DNA from: Lingula anatina
Lineage: Eukaryota; Animalia; Brachiopoda
Length of the DNA stretch: 64,000 bases
Reading direction: 5' to 3'
Assembly: GCA_051362555.1 (NCBI GenBank)
Contig: CM120645.1
Span: 14,570,001-14,634,000, forward strand
Of this stretch, positions 1 to 12,287 are shown piece after piece. The translations under genes and the position numbers were made by a program. The notes under the pieces were generated by a model. That model was not told where the DNA came from, did not search any database, and saw nothing but the letters and a program-made list of their open reading frames with translations. How positions within the stretch are numbered: position 1 is the stretch's first letter; the number at the start of each line of letters is the position of its first letter.

Positions 1-240
1 TTGTCTGGAAAATAATACACAGTGTTGAATGTCACAGAAATATTTGAAGAATATTGGGTGTAATATGAGCGATAATATATAGACTTTAAAAAATTATGCA
101 ATTAAACTGTGTTTAGAGATGTTGATTTTCTAAATTAAATGACACAAAAGAACAAGTCAGATCCATTTCCTTTCCCTTTCTGCGAGTTTCATCAACTTAT
201 TTCAAGGGTTGATGATTTTTTTCTACAAAATTCTACTTAC

Positions 241-2110
241 TTTGGCAATCCAAATCATTCGGATGAGGCTCATTAGGTGGTGTAATACACTTCTCCAGCT
301 CTACGATACTGAAAGGGTGCACCATGTCTGCCATCTGCCAGTGCCACCATATACGGTCACCAGTTCTTGTGATCAGTAGGTCTGAAGGTTTAGAACAAAC
401 TCACTTTAATTCGATAAGGATGTATTTCTGTAGAAAGTAACACATATAGAAATACATGTAATATTTTGAACTTAATGCGTCCGTTTTTGAAAACAATAAT
501 TTTCAATTATGACATTTTTTTATGTATTTAAATTAGAAAACATAATAAGAAATAAAATATTTTTCTTTTCATCCTTTTTTTTCTTGTCATCAATTGTATT
601 CAACAGGAAGCAGCAAATTTTACGGAATTGTTTCATATTCTACAATAAAACCTTTACATGATATGATATCACCTTAAACAACTGTCTAACATGTAAAATC
701 ATATCTGCATACCTGGGTAAAAACCATCAGGCGTGACCTCCACAAAGTGTTCCCTCTGTTTAGGTCTGACTATGATGGTGCCCACATACTCGGCAGCCAT
801 CTCTGTATTTCTGTCAGAGAAGAAAAAAATCCCCGTCTCTGGGAACTCGCATGCCATTAACCCTGCCCTGCTGGGGTTGAGCCAGAAGAAACCGTCCTTA
901 GCAGCCTGGAAAAAATAATAATACAGTTATCTAATGTATCATTCCAGTATCATTCATAAATGGTACTGGTTTGCAAACTATTGAGATCCTTCCAATAATG
1001 AGAGAGAAACAACTCTGGTCAAAACATGTTGCTGCTGCTGCTCACAATCTGTCCAAGGGCGAAGGACAATGATGATGATAATGATGATCTTATGTTTCTA
1101 TATGAAAAAATGGCACATATCTATTACATATCTGTTATACAGGCACCAAGGTAAAACAATACTATAGCACCCAACTAAATTATAACTGACATCAAAAAGG
1201 GAAGACAATGAGAATTGAAATTATTTTGTTTTGAAGATTATCATAATAAAAGTTGTTTCTTTTTCTCAACAGAAAAGAGAAATTCTGTAAATATATTATA
1301 CACATGCGTCCAAAGGCAACTTCCTAGTTAGAGCAGCACGCTAATCTAGGATAATAATTTTTCCATCCAATGACACACCTAAAATCCTTACAGCATCACT
1401 GATACGAAATTTAGCCTACAAAATATTTTGTTTTCAGTGTGCTTACTTTGTAATCTTCATCCGGTCTTTGGTCTATACTGGGCTCCTCTATCTGATAGGG
1501 AGCATGCAGTTTCTTGCACTTAAACTTGTCCCAGTGGAACCACACCCTGTCCCCCTCGTCGATCATCAAGATCATGGGGCTGAAGGTCCTGTCCAGGATT
1601 TCTACTTTGTGATCTCTGGAAATGTATGACATATTAAGTGAGTATTTAATAAGGTAATGTACAGATTTTAAGCCGAAACTGAAACTTTATCTTTGATATT
1701 GCTTGTATGTAATATAAACTATAAAATAATTGAAGTTTTTACTTTGAAAAAAAACGATCAGTTAGACCTAATAATAGATCTACATTAGAAAGGATTATTC
1801 ATGGGTGGTTGGTATAAAATGAGTAAGATAAAATACTTCAAGTTATACTTCATCAGCGATGAATGCTTGCTCATTTGGTCAATTTTTCTGTTTTAAGTAA
1901 TCAGCTTTTCAATGGTTAGGTCCTATGCAAAAATATATATATTGTGAATTTTCAATACTAAACTTACCTCTGTGATTGTTTGACATGTACAACACACAAG
2001 TGATGCTCCCCAAGAGATGCTCCCTGGGTCTGGAAATAATACAACCCTGGATGCCTGAAACATGGAACAAAACAAAAATTTGTTTTTTGTCTTCATTCAT
2101 GAATTAAAAA

Positions 2111-2174
<64 letters not shown>

Positions 2175-2212
2175 CATTTTACCCAGAATTTCTAAATATC
2201 CCTGTTAATTTT

Positions 2213-2287
<75 letters not shown>

Positions 2288-2298
2288 ATGTTAATTTT

Positions 2299-2347
<49 letters not shown>

Positions 2348-5300
2348 GAAAATTAACATAGGGATATTTAGAAATTCTGGGTAAAATGCAATATTGAAGC
2401 AAGGCAGTGGAGGTGGGTGGAATGGAGGAACAGGCATTGAAACTATAGATGCTCTTGGCATGCGCTATTAATTTTACACTGAATTATATATTATTAGCAA
2501 CAGATCAAAAAGAGAACTGTGACACTTCTATTGATCTGTATTAATCTTCTTTGTCTCTTTTTTTTCCTTTTTTGAAAGGCAAAAAGAAAGGAAGGCAATG
2601 GACTATGGACTATAGTTTTCTAAAATATATCATTTCCTCGAGACATGCCCCATTAATCCTACTGTATAAATCTTTAATTATTTCTGCAGTCATCAGCATC
2701 AGGAGGCTTATGACAGACAAGACAATACCACAGGTGTTCATCATTCCCCAAAGAAAGTGAGCACAGCTTTAATTATTCATCTTCTTCGCCATTAACAACA
2801 ATGACTGATTTTCTGAATTGCCACGCAGAACCATTCACAGAGAAGAACAGACTGCCTGTTACGGCAGTGAACACAATTAGATCAATATTAATTGTCTAGG
2901 ATTGAAGTCTCTCTGTGACAGGTGGGTAATTTACTTCACTGGACCTCTGCATCCTAATTACTACTAAAACCCCATTCCCATAGTGTCTAAATAGATAGAT
3001 CCAACTCTGCAGGGACTCTCGCTGAGTGCAATTAGCTTAACTGAATGCCACGCATTGACAGCATAAATAGACACACCTTCTAATATTCTGTAATTTTCTA
3101 AAGTCGGGGCTGCCTAGTTTCATAATTTCTCTAGAGAATCATAAACTACTGTTTTTCATTAGCAAAGTCTCACCTGAATTCCTGCCTATAAGAGCCAGTA
3201 GGAACTGCCAATGTTTTTCTAAAAGAGAAACAAGGCGAAATGAATTAGTCTAAATTATCACTATTATTGTTATTCTCATTATTATTAAACTTCATGTAAT
3301 AAGTACAGAAGGTTTCATCTACATATACATTTATACATGAAAATTTAGAGGTCTTCGTTTTTCAAATCAGTGCAACGAAAATTTAATAAATAAAAATTAT
3401 CCATACAGTAAACCTGGTAGTTGTGATCTTAAGAATTCATTAAAAAAAACATTTAAGAATAAACTAATCGTCTTACCCAGTTTTCTCCACTTTGGAGAAA
3501 GCACAGTGTTTGGCACAGTATTTCACTTCCCAAACAGAGTGTGGTATGTTACATGTCTTCCAGTTCCATTTTACAGTGCGGCCTTCATTGATCCTGATTA
3601 TCTTTGGCATAAATCCCTCATCGGTCACTTCGGCCTGGTAGTCTGACCTCGGCTTGACCGTGATGGTCAGAGGAGTGGTCCTCAGGCCAGCACTGGAAGG
3701 TCAAGTGGACAACGGATTTAATTTTTAGGGTTCAGATATAAAGGACAGATAATGTATTATATGACAGCTAAACTAATAAGTGCAATAACCCTTCCATTAT
3801 TATTCTGAGTCATAATGTATCTTTATTATGGCAATACAAATGTCTTTCAGTTCAGTTTTTTAACTGTAACTTTAAGTGTACAACATAGCTGATGAAATTC
3901 TCTGCTGACGTATTATGACAATTTTGGAACTTAAAGAGATTTCTGAATTTTCTTGGTGTAATCTATTAGCCAGGGACCATTCAACTTACCTTACAAACTT
4001 ATATTCCCCCTCCAAGTTGAACACTTGTTCAAAGGGTCCCCTCTTTGTGACTTCTCCGCTGGTGAAACCCCCCTTCACGGGTATAAACTCTGCACCATTG
4101 TGGATAACCTGGAGATGGGAAAAGTCAATCTCTTTTAATAAGAAGAAATGCTGAAACTTTCCCTGAGAAGTTATTAAAATGACTTGTCACTTTTTCTTTA
4201 ACTTCATTTGTTACTTTTTTATCTTTCTCTTATTTTTATTTTATTATTTTTTTACTATTTTAATAGTCTTCTTTGATAATTCCATTATTATACTATCCAA
4301 CTGCTTTTAGCTACAACACATTTTAATCCACTTACATTTATATTATTATCATTTTTATTTGAATTTTGCTTTTATATCATTGCTCTTGTTCAGAAGTTGA
4401 AAACTGAAGAGGGCATATTACAAAATCAACCTGCACGAAGAGTTAATGACCATGTTTAAATTGATACAGAAACAGAACAGAGTGAAAGAACAGAATCAAT
4501 TGACCTCAAACTATCATTATGGCCAATATATGAGTACTACTAACAAAAAAGAAAAAAAAAGGCAGGAGTACTTGGGGTAATTTTTAACAAAGCATTGCAT
4601 CTTGTTTGAAAAACCATATGACTACCTTGTAATACTGTCACATGTAGCTTTGCCCACTGCTCACCTGTGTAACATTAAATCCCGGTCCTCCGGGTTCATT
4701 CCAGGTCCAGAGAACTGCCTGTCCTTCCTCTATGGTGACATTGGCCTGGCTGAAGCCTGTCCTGGTGATGTGAACCTTGTTGTGTTCCAAGGCTAAAATA
4801 AGAGTTTTTCAATTTTCACTATCTTAGCATTATTAGAGGGCATTCAGAAAAAGCTGATCTGCGAACTGACAGATCCCGGATCAAATCTGGCCAACCCACA
4901 TTAAAACAGAAGAGACTACATGGCATTGAACTAGTAGATTTGACATTAGACCCTTTAAAATAATGTTTTGAAAGTTACTATTGAAATCAAAGGCTGCAGT
5001 CAGAATAGCAAATTTAGTCTGCGGGCCAAATATGGCGACCGACTAAAAAGCTTGCAGTCTAATCTGCTAATAAACACTGAATAGATTCCCCGTGGGTCAG
5101 CCATATTTGACCAGTGGACTAGTTAGTCCGCTGTTCTGAATGTGGCCAAACTAGTAAAAATCGCAGAAATCAGACATATATTTTCCAAAAACTAATTTAC
5201 TTTATATTTGAAATCATAAATTTACACTTAGACTAATAATAATGTACTGAGGATAACTACATGTAGTCATATCCAGACTCTGACTCCATGACGTAAACCA

Positions 5301-5564
5301 CTTACCTTGAGTCCTGAATCTTTTCCCAGTAATCCCTGACATTGCACGTGTGTACGTCTGCACTTTCTGCCATCCTTTTGAGTCCGGCCTCCCTGAGGTC
5401 CCCTTGGCCCCTGACTTGGCAGACGCGGGAGGCGCAGGGGTGGAAGGTTTCGAGGGGTGCGCCGAACCACTTCCATTGCTTTTATTGTCTCTGTTGGTTG
5501 GGTCTCTGGTTGTGGAGGCGCTGGTGGGGATTTCGACTTCGTCCTTTGAGGCACCCGCCCCCAT
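241..5564 (-). CDS. Multi-exon gene (3' end beyond window start) encoding an N-myristoylation-motif protein with at least 4 tandem cupredoxin/plastocyanin-like repeats
   Basis: Exons 5564-5306, 4792-4665, 4108-3990, 3692-3477, 3218-3174, 2054-1968, 1615-1447, 905-713 and 381-241 all have GT-AG boundaries and consistent phases (1,0,2,2,2,2,0,1,1), giving ~452 aa with no stop. It starts MGAGAS (MGxxxS). The repeats read V.I...GF.P..+.I.EG..V.W.W...H....F...G.Y.F, the cupredoxin fold signature. Confidence 0.85.
2120..2394. repeat. (TA)n microsatellites embedded in an inverted repeat
   Basis: ATTGCATTTTACCCAGAATTTCTAAATATCCCT..GTTAATTTTCCT (2171-2214) is the reverse complement of 2346-2394. (TA)n runs and a partial direct copy lie between them. 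Confidence 0.85.
4992..5147. mobile_element. Short MITE-like palindromic element in an intron
   Basis: Imperfect terminal inverted repeats GGCTGCAGTCAGAATAGC / GCTGTTCTGAATGTGGCC, plus internal inverted CAAATATGGC / GCCATATTTG. Confidence 0.55.
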
Positions 5565-6423
5565 TGTCAATTTACAGTATTTCCGACAGTTTTTTTATCT
5601 GTTAATATATCCAGCTGTTGGCTTTACTGCTTTAAGTGTGCTTGGTACCTGCAGACAGAAATGTAATAGTCTTTAACATATATACAAAATTCACGTGTAC
5701 CAGGGTTTTAACTTGAAGGTCTATACAAAAATCAAATCCATTATGAGACTTCAAATATGAAATCTCTCCATGACATTTCTTTTAGATAAACAGCTGCTTT
5801 TTTAGCAGATCTAAAATCTGAACCAAATCTGTGATAGATTTGGGAAGAAATGGTTAACACTTAACAATTACTTTATTGTTAGTTATATTAGAATATGTTT
5901 AGCAATTGGATAAATTCAATGTGCTAAAGCGAGCCTAGATTTTTTATCATTTTTATCACTTTTTCATTAGTAAAAGGTGACATGCAACTGTACGATGAAT
6001 AATAATACTTATACAAGATTGTCAGTACTACACCTTAAATGTTTACCAACAAAATATCGTGCAGTAAGTTTAAGCATATGACTGCAATACAAATTTTATA
6101 ATCTTTTTAATATTTAGAAAGTACTTTATAATTGTAAGATAGAGGCAAAAATGCATACAGCACAGTAATACTGTATCTGCACATCTGTTGTGATACTACT
6201 AATCCAGTGACTACATAATGATCAATAATCAGACAAGACACTGACAACCCTAAAAGTCACATTTCATTTCACAGTAACAATAATCACCATAAATTAACCA
6301 TAAAAGCCATTAATCCTATAAGTTTCACGAACTCCAGTTTCCTACCTGTAAAACTTCTCGAAGCACCCCTACGGCCGTCTAGCGTGCGGCCATATTACCT
6401 CTACCATTGAGTCTGTGCCAACT

Positions 6424-6441
6424 GTTTGTATGCTAGGCAAC
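6424..6441 (-). promoter_or_regulatory. RFX X-box-like site with overlapping forkhead-like motif at a putative first exon of the cupredoxin-repeat gene
   Basis: GTTGCCTAGCATAC on the minus strand (6441-6428) overlaps TGTTTGT. A splice donor (CAG|gtagga) lies at ~6345, upstream of the acceptor at 5648. Confidence 0.45.
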
Positions 6442-9400
6442 AATGTATTTATTTACATTACTCCAGTCTCTACTAGTCTCAGCAGTTCCTGCAAGGGACA
6501 AAGCCTGCTCTGCCTCTTAGCTATTATGTCACGAACCTGTCTATCAAATAGCAATTGTTGACCCAATGCAAATAGGAAAGCGACTTTGAATGAGTATTTA
6601 ACACGCTTGATTGTACACCGAGAATGATTTTAACATTAAAGCAAACTTGATTTGAATGAATGTTAGGCCTAAATGTGGGTTAAGTAGAATTTCCTAAATG
6701 CTGCAAGAATCATAACAATTGGGAGATTGTTCATATATATTTTAATGTGAAACTGATATGGATTTGTCTGGCCATTGTGTTTGTAAATAAGTCAATATTT
6801 TACTACAATACTTCAGAATAACCTAAGATGCTGAGTTAATAACTTAAAGTAACTTAATAGACTACACTGTAAACAAAACCAATAGCCATATCGATTTTTC
6901 AACCTCTGTGATCAGTCTACGCTTAATTAATTATTTCCTTTCAGGCTTTTTTTAAACAAAAATCACTTGATCTTGTTAAAATATTAAGTTTCACAGTACC
7001 AAAGCGTGAAATAATGCTTCCTGACAAAACACTACCAAATATGATGGAGTTTTTACTTTAATATACAATTTGATATTTGTATTTTTTAATAAAATAAGTG
7101 TTCCCTCATTATGTTACAGCTGGTAATTAAGTAATGCAAATGTTTTGATTTTTATTTTCAGTCCAGACTTTTTTTTAGAGGTCACTTCTTCCTTATTCAT
7201 TTTTTGTTTCATCACTACTGATTTATGCCATCATTTCTAGATAATCATCTACTGTTTTGTTAACTTAAAACATATGGACTTAGTATTATCATGAGCTTAA
7301 ATGGTACCATGACTGATTTTTTAACACAAAAAAACTTTTTTTGAGAAAAAGCCTTGCTTTAAGCATTTATGATACAAGGATAATCCTATGCTACTTTTTA
7401 GGTACCAACACTAGCAACAGAGTTATTGATATAAATTGATATTAAAAATAAACAATGTCTGTATACATAATGCAATTTTTCATTCTCCATATATTGATCC
7501 ATCACCTGGCTTCCTAAAAGTATACCTCCTTATGGCAAAATACTACCTGGGAATTCTGAGAAGATTTTATCCCACTACTGCCCTGCAGCATGTTTCATGC
7601 GCATTTTATCCACAAAACCTACAAATTTGTTAGTTTAAGCTGTTATTTTACATGACATCATAGATAAGCGGCATCATGTTTTATGGACAGATACATATAC
7701 TCATACACACTCAGCTGCCATTAATGCTCTTTTTTTAGTCCATAATGTTTCTTTTTGACACAATGAAAATGTTTGCTCATGAAATATAAGTAATTTCACA
7801 TCCTCACAAGCTATTCGGAATGAAGATTACAAGTATTATAGGCTCATGTATCATACTTAACACAAATGTTGGCTTTGCTAATGTTTTTTTTTTTCTGATC
7901 CTTCACTACTGCAGTTTTACCATGTAGTTACTTCTGTATTAACTAGCTATTAAAGTAAAATGATCAATTCTTATTTCTTGATCGAGGCATATCACTAAGG
8001 AATGTGTTTTTAAGGTTATTTTTTTCTGGTCATCAATTTTGTCTGATATGCACATCCATGGACAATTTTTCTTTGTGTATTTCAAATGACTATCACTAAG
8101 TTGACAACAGACCAATATTACCGTCTATTTATCTGGAGACATATCTGTGAATACACTGAATATCTGTGAAAAATCAATCTGTCACCCTGGTAGAGGGTAG
8201 GGAAACCCCTGATTTCAGAGTGACCTCAAAGCCAAGTTCTGATAATAACAGCCAGAGCATAAGGAAACTTTGAAGAGCTGGGTTACCAAGTTCTTTAATA
8301 TAATCAATCATAACTGAGTACAATTTGTGGATTAATTAAGTCCTTGCATGTTTTACAGACCCAGGGGATTAAATACATACATAAGTTATTGTCTTGACCT
8401 GACCACACCCATCTTCCCTCACAGAAATGAAGTTTTAACAGGCAACTTACAGTACTGGCGATATACCCCACATTCTTCAACTTGCATTACTTCATGCAGA
8501 ATCTAGAAGTTACCAGAATCATGCTCCAAAGGTATTCATTCTTGATTCTAATTTTTATTTTATTTAGTTTAGATTTTATTAAGTGTTTGGCACATTGCTA
8601 GTACTATATCAATATCCAGCTGATAACTGAATCACAGGGGAATGTGTTGAATGCATGACCTCATGCAGAATTTTGTATGGTGAAACTACCTGAGAATCGT
8701 GCTCCAAAGGAATTTATTCTGGATTAATCCTGTTTGGCAACAAGTACAATAACTCTATCCACTTGTGATAGGTGGCCATCACTAGGGAAATGAGGATTTT
8801 AATATAATCTAAGTCCCAATCAATTAAGCACTATGCTGTTATCAACATCAAGCATGCAAGCACAATTGCACTATCATGCACTCCAAATCCAATTAAACTG
8901 AGTGTGATACAGCAATAAAATAAGACCTACTTCATTAATCCATTTGCCTGATGGGGTATACACAAACTGTTTTGTTTCTAGACCTACCAACCAACCAACC
9001 TACCTTCTTTTTCTAAACTATCAATAAGGTTGTCAATGTGACCTGCATTAAAATATGTTTGGATATTGTTTACGTGTCAAAATCAGAACAAAATGTGAAA
9101 ATGGAAGATTTCGTACTCAGATGGTTAAAAATGATAATGTGAACATTTGCAAAAATTAACAGAGTTACTAGTAACCACATGCCATCTATATGTGTATATG
9201 TTGATGTTTAGTCGAGGCAAAAAATTCAGGCTGCTGACCAAATACCAAACAAAAGTGAAGGTAGACTGGCAACTGTAATATGCGTTTATTGGCCCAAATG
9301 GGCCATGAATGAAATCTACTAGCTTACTAATACTCTCACCGCTCTTCTATGCACATAATTTTTCATCAATTAGTTTCCTTCCTGGGTTTTTATTTTCTTA

Positions 9401-9499
9401 ACTAATAAATAGACATGTCCAAATGAATTTGGCCAAGGAACCCATTATAAATAACCTACACACACGGCCCAAATACTATGGATTACATCAAGAATGTGT

Positions 9500-11365
9500 T
9501 ACCAAAAACAAAGCTTAAATCTGGGAATAAATCGACTTTTTCCAGGCCAATTTTGGCAATTTTGGTTTCACATTCTTGGTAAAACAGAATTGGTTTTATG
9601 TATGTTTCAGAATAATATCTAGGTCTGCAATATCTTGGTAGGGCCTGCTATAAGTTACCAGTTTTCACTGGGAAGTTGGGTGTATCATACTTTTTTCTTT
9701 TTCCTTTTTTTTTCTTGCCATGCCTGTTTTTTAGAAAGAAAACATGTTTGTAGACGGAAAATATGCCTTTGCATCATACCCACTGAACAGAATGACAACA
9801 GACAGATTTCTAGCATGTGGCTGCTAAATTTTTAGTACTTACATTATTCCTATTCTTATTTTAGATTGTTTATCATTATGCCAAACACTATGAATATCCA
9901 TAGAATTTTTTTTTAATAAACAGAAAAAAGAGACTTTTTATGTGTAGTTTTTATTTTTGTGTACAGTTAGTTCTTTAACAAGGTCTTTGCTTGTAATAAA
10001 GATCCCATACAATATGCCCATATCAAAATTCAGTTCTTATCAAAGCCAGGCACTTTGTTGTTCATATAGTGTTACAATATGTGTGCAAGCTACCGTTGCC
10101 ATTTCTTCTAGTTGATAAATGACAAATATGATACTATGATGCTACGGAGCTGCATGTTCTTAGCTAGATTCTAGATTTTTTTAGGCAAAAGAGATACAGG
10201 ATAAAAAAGAGGCAGAAGAATCATCCCTAAACAAATCAAGTATATATATATATATAGCCAGGGGGGTTGGGGGGGCGGGGTTGAAAGAACTTTTTTGCCA
10301 GGAAAAGGTTCATTCTTGGAAAAATTTGATTTAGGTACACCATTTCATTGTAAAAGGTCCACATTTTCAGAACTCCCCCTTTTGAAATTGCTGGTTTCGG
10401 GCCTGCAAACGGTCTTTGAATTTGCTTATCTGAATGTGCTCATAATATCCACTACTAGTAAATCTGGTAAATTCACTGTAGGAACCATGCATATTGCATA
10501 CAGCAGTATATAAACGGGGTTAAGAAGATGTTATAACTTAGGAATTGTTACTTATCAGTGATGGTATATTAATTGCCTGTTAACTGTATTATTTTAGACA
10601 GCTGTTTTAACAATTTCCACATCAAAATTTTCTTTGTTTGGTACTAGCTAGGTAAAACTAAAATCATAAAAAGATGTTAAAATAGATGTCAAGTATATAT
10701 GTTAATTAGAGTCGTGCCTGTAATTATTTATCCAACTTTTTTTCAAGTCAATCAGAACCCAATACCAAAAACAAAGCTTAAATCTGGGAATAAATCGACT
10801 TTTTCCAGGCCAATTTTGGCAATTTTGGTTGAACATTCTTGGTAATTAATACAGTCTTGGTTACATGTAAATCTCAGAATAATATCTAGGTCTGCAATAT
10901 CTTGGTAGGGCCTGCTATAACTAACCAGTTTTCACTGGGAATTTGGGTCTATCATACTTTTTTCTTTTTCTTTTTTTCTTGCCATGCCTGTTTCTAGATA
11001 GAAAACATGTTTGTAGACGGAAAATATGCCTTTGCATCATACCCACTGAACAGAATGACAACAGACAGATTTCTAGTATGTGGCTGCTAAATTTTTAGTA
11101 CTTACATTATTCCTATTTTTATTTTAGATTGTTTATCATTATGCCAAACACTATGAATATCCATAGAAATTTTTTTTAATAAACAGAAAAAAGAGACTTT
11201 TTATGTGTAGTTTTTATTTTTGTGTACAGTTAGTTCTTTAACAAGGTCTTTGCTTGTAATAAAGATCGCATACAATATGCCCATATCAAAATTCAGTTCT
11301 TATCAAAGCCAGGCACTTTGTTGTTCATATAGTGTTACAATATGTGTGCAAGCTACCGTTGCCAT
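9500..11365 (+). repeat. ~600-bp direct duplication (9500-10102 and 10763-11365)
   Basis: Two near-identical blocks run from TACCAAAAACAAAGCTTAAATCTGGG to GCTACCGTTGCCAT. Confidence 0.95.
10254..10405 (-). mobile_element. Diverged copy of the CAGGCCCGTAGCCAG-type MITE
   Basis: The reverse complement aligns with the MITE at 37853-38018 (TGTAAAAGGTCCAC, TTTGAAATTGCTGG..CGGGCCTG). Confidence 0.7.
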
Positions 11366-12272
11366 CTTATTAGTATGGGTATAATCTGCATCTCTTCCAG
11401 CATGACCTTCTAATTTGTTGCTCCTTAAGTCACTATGAACTACCGTTCTTGTAACACTCTGAAAATGTTTCAGTAGTCACCTATTGCAGGGCATACATTA
11501 CTTTAATTTACCTCACAATAGTTATATGAGGATTGTTAGCTTTGCAAGTATGTGTGAAAATGAAACCTTTTTTAACATGAAGGGAAAATAAACAAAACGT
11601 TTTCTTTAAAATTGTGACGCCACTTCAAAAAGAGGTCACAGTTTTTGACTCTGAAAGGCCTTGCACCTTTGACTTGTTTCAAATGCCACTTGAAAGTACA
11701 CATGCTGTACACATAGGGCAATCTTATAAAGGCAGGTGTATAGACACCTCTGTTTAGGCCTCGGTCCAAGTGTACTAAATTCTTGTGATAAAAATATAAG
11801 GAAATGGATGGATTATAGTTTAAATGCTCTATTAAATTATTATTTCATTATTGCCCCTCCCCCCCCCCACACCCTAACCCTTCTTTTACCTCTACCTACC
11901 CCCCCCCCCCTTATGTCTCTCCCTCTCTCTCAAAACCAAAGGGCACAAACAAATAAGTCTCACATCTCTAACCTTCTCATTAAATTTTCCATTTTCTACA
12001 AATTCTTTCTTTTCTCTTGATCATGTTTTTTATATGCATACCATATATACTAAGGTAAGCAAGATGCTAGGTTCTACACTTGATATTCTGTAATTATTTC
12101 TATGCTTAAATGCACAACATCACTTCAAATCTAATCACATATATTTATATTAAATGTAAACTTACCTTGATTGAAATCAGAAAGACCACAATTTCTTAAA
12201 TTAAACAGATATTAATCCATAGTTAAACATCGTCTTGTAAATTTCCTTTCTTATTTTGAGATGGAAATGCAT

Positions 12273-12287
12273 GCTGCCCCTGGCAAC
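12273..12287 (-). promoter_or_regulatory. Second X-box-like site, upstream of an alternative first-exon donor
   Basis: GTTGCCAGGGGCAGC on the minus strand, ~110 bp upstream of a strong donor CAAG|gtaagt at ~12166. Confidence 0.35.
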
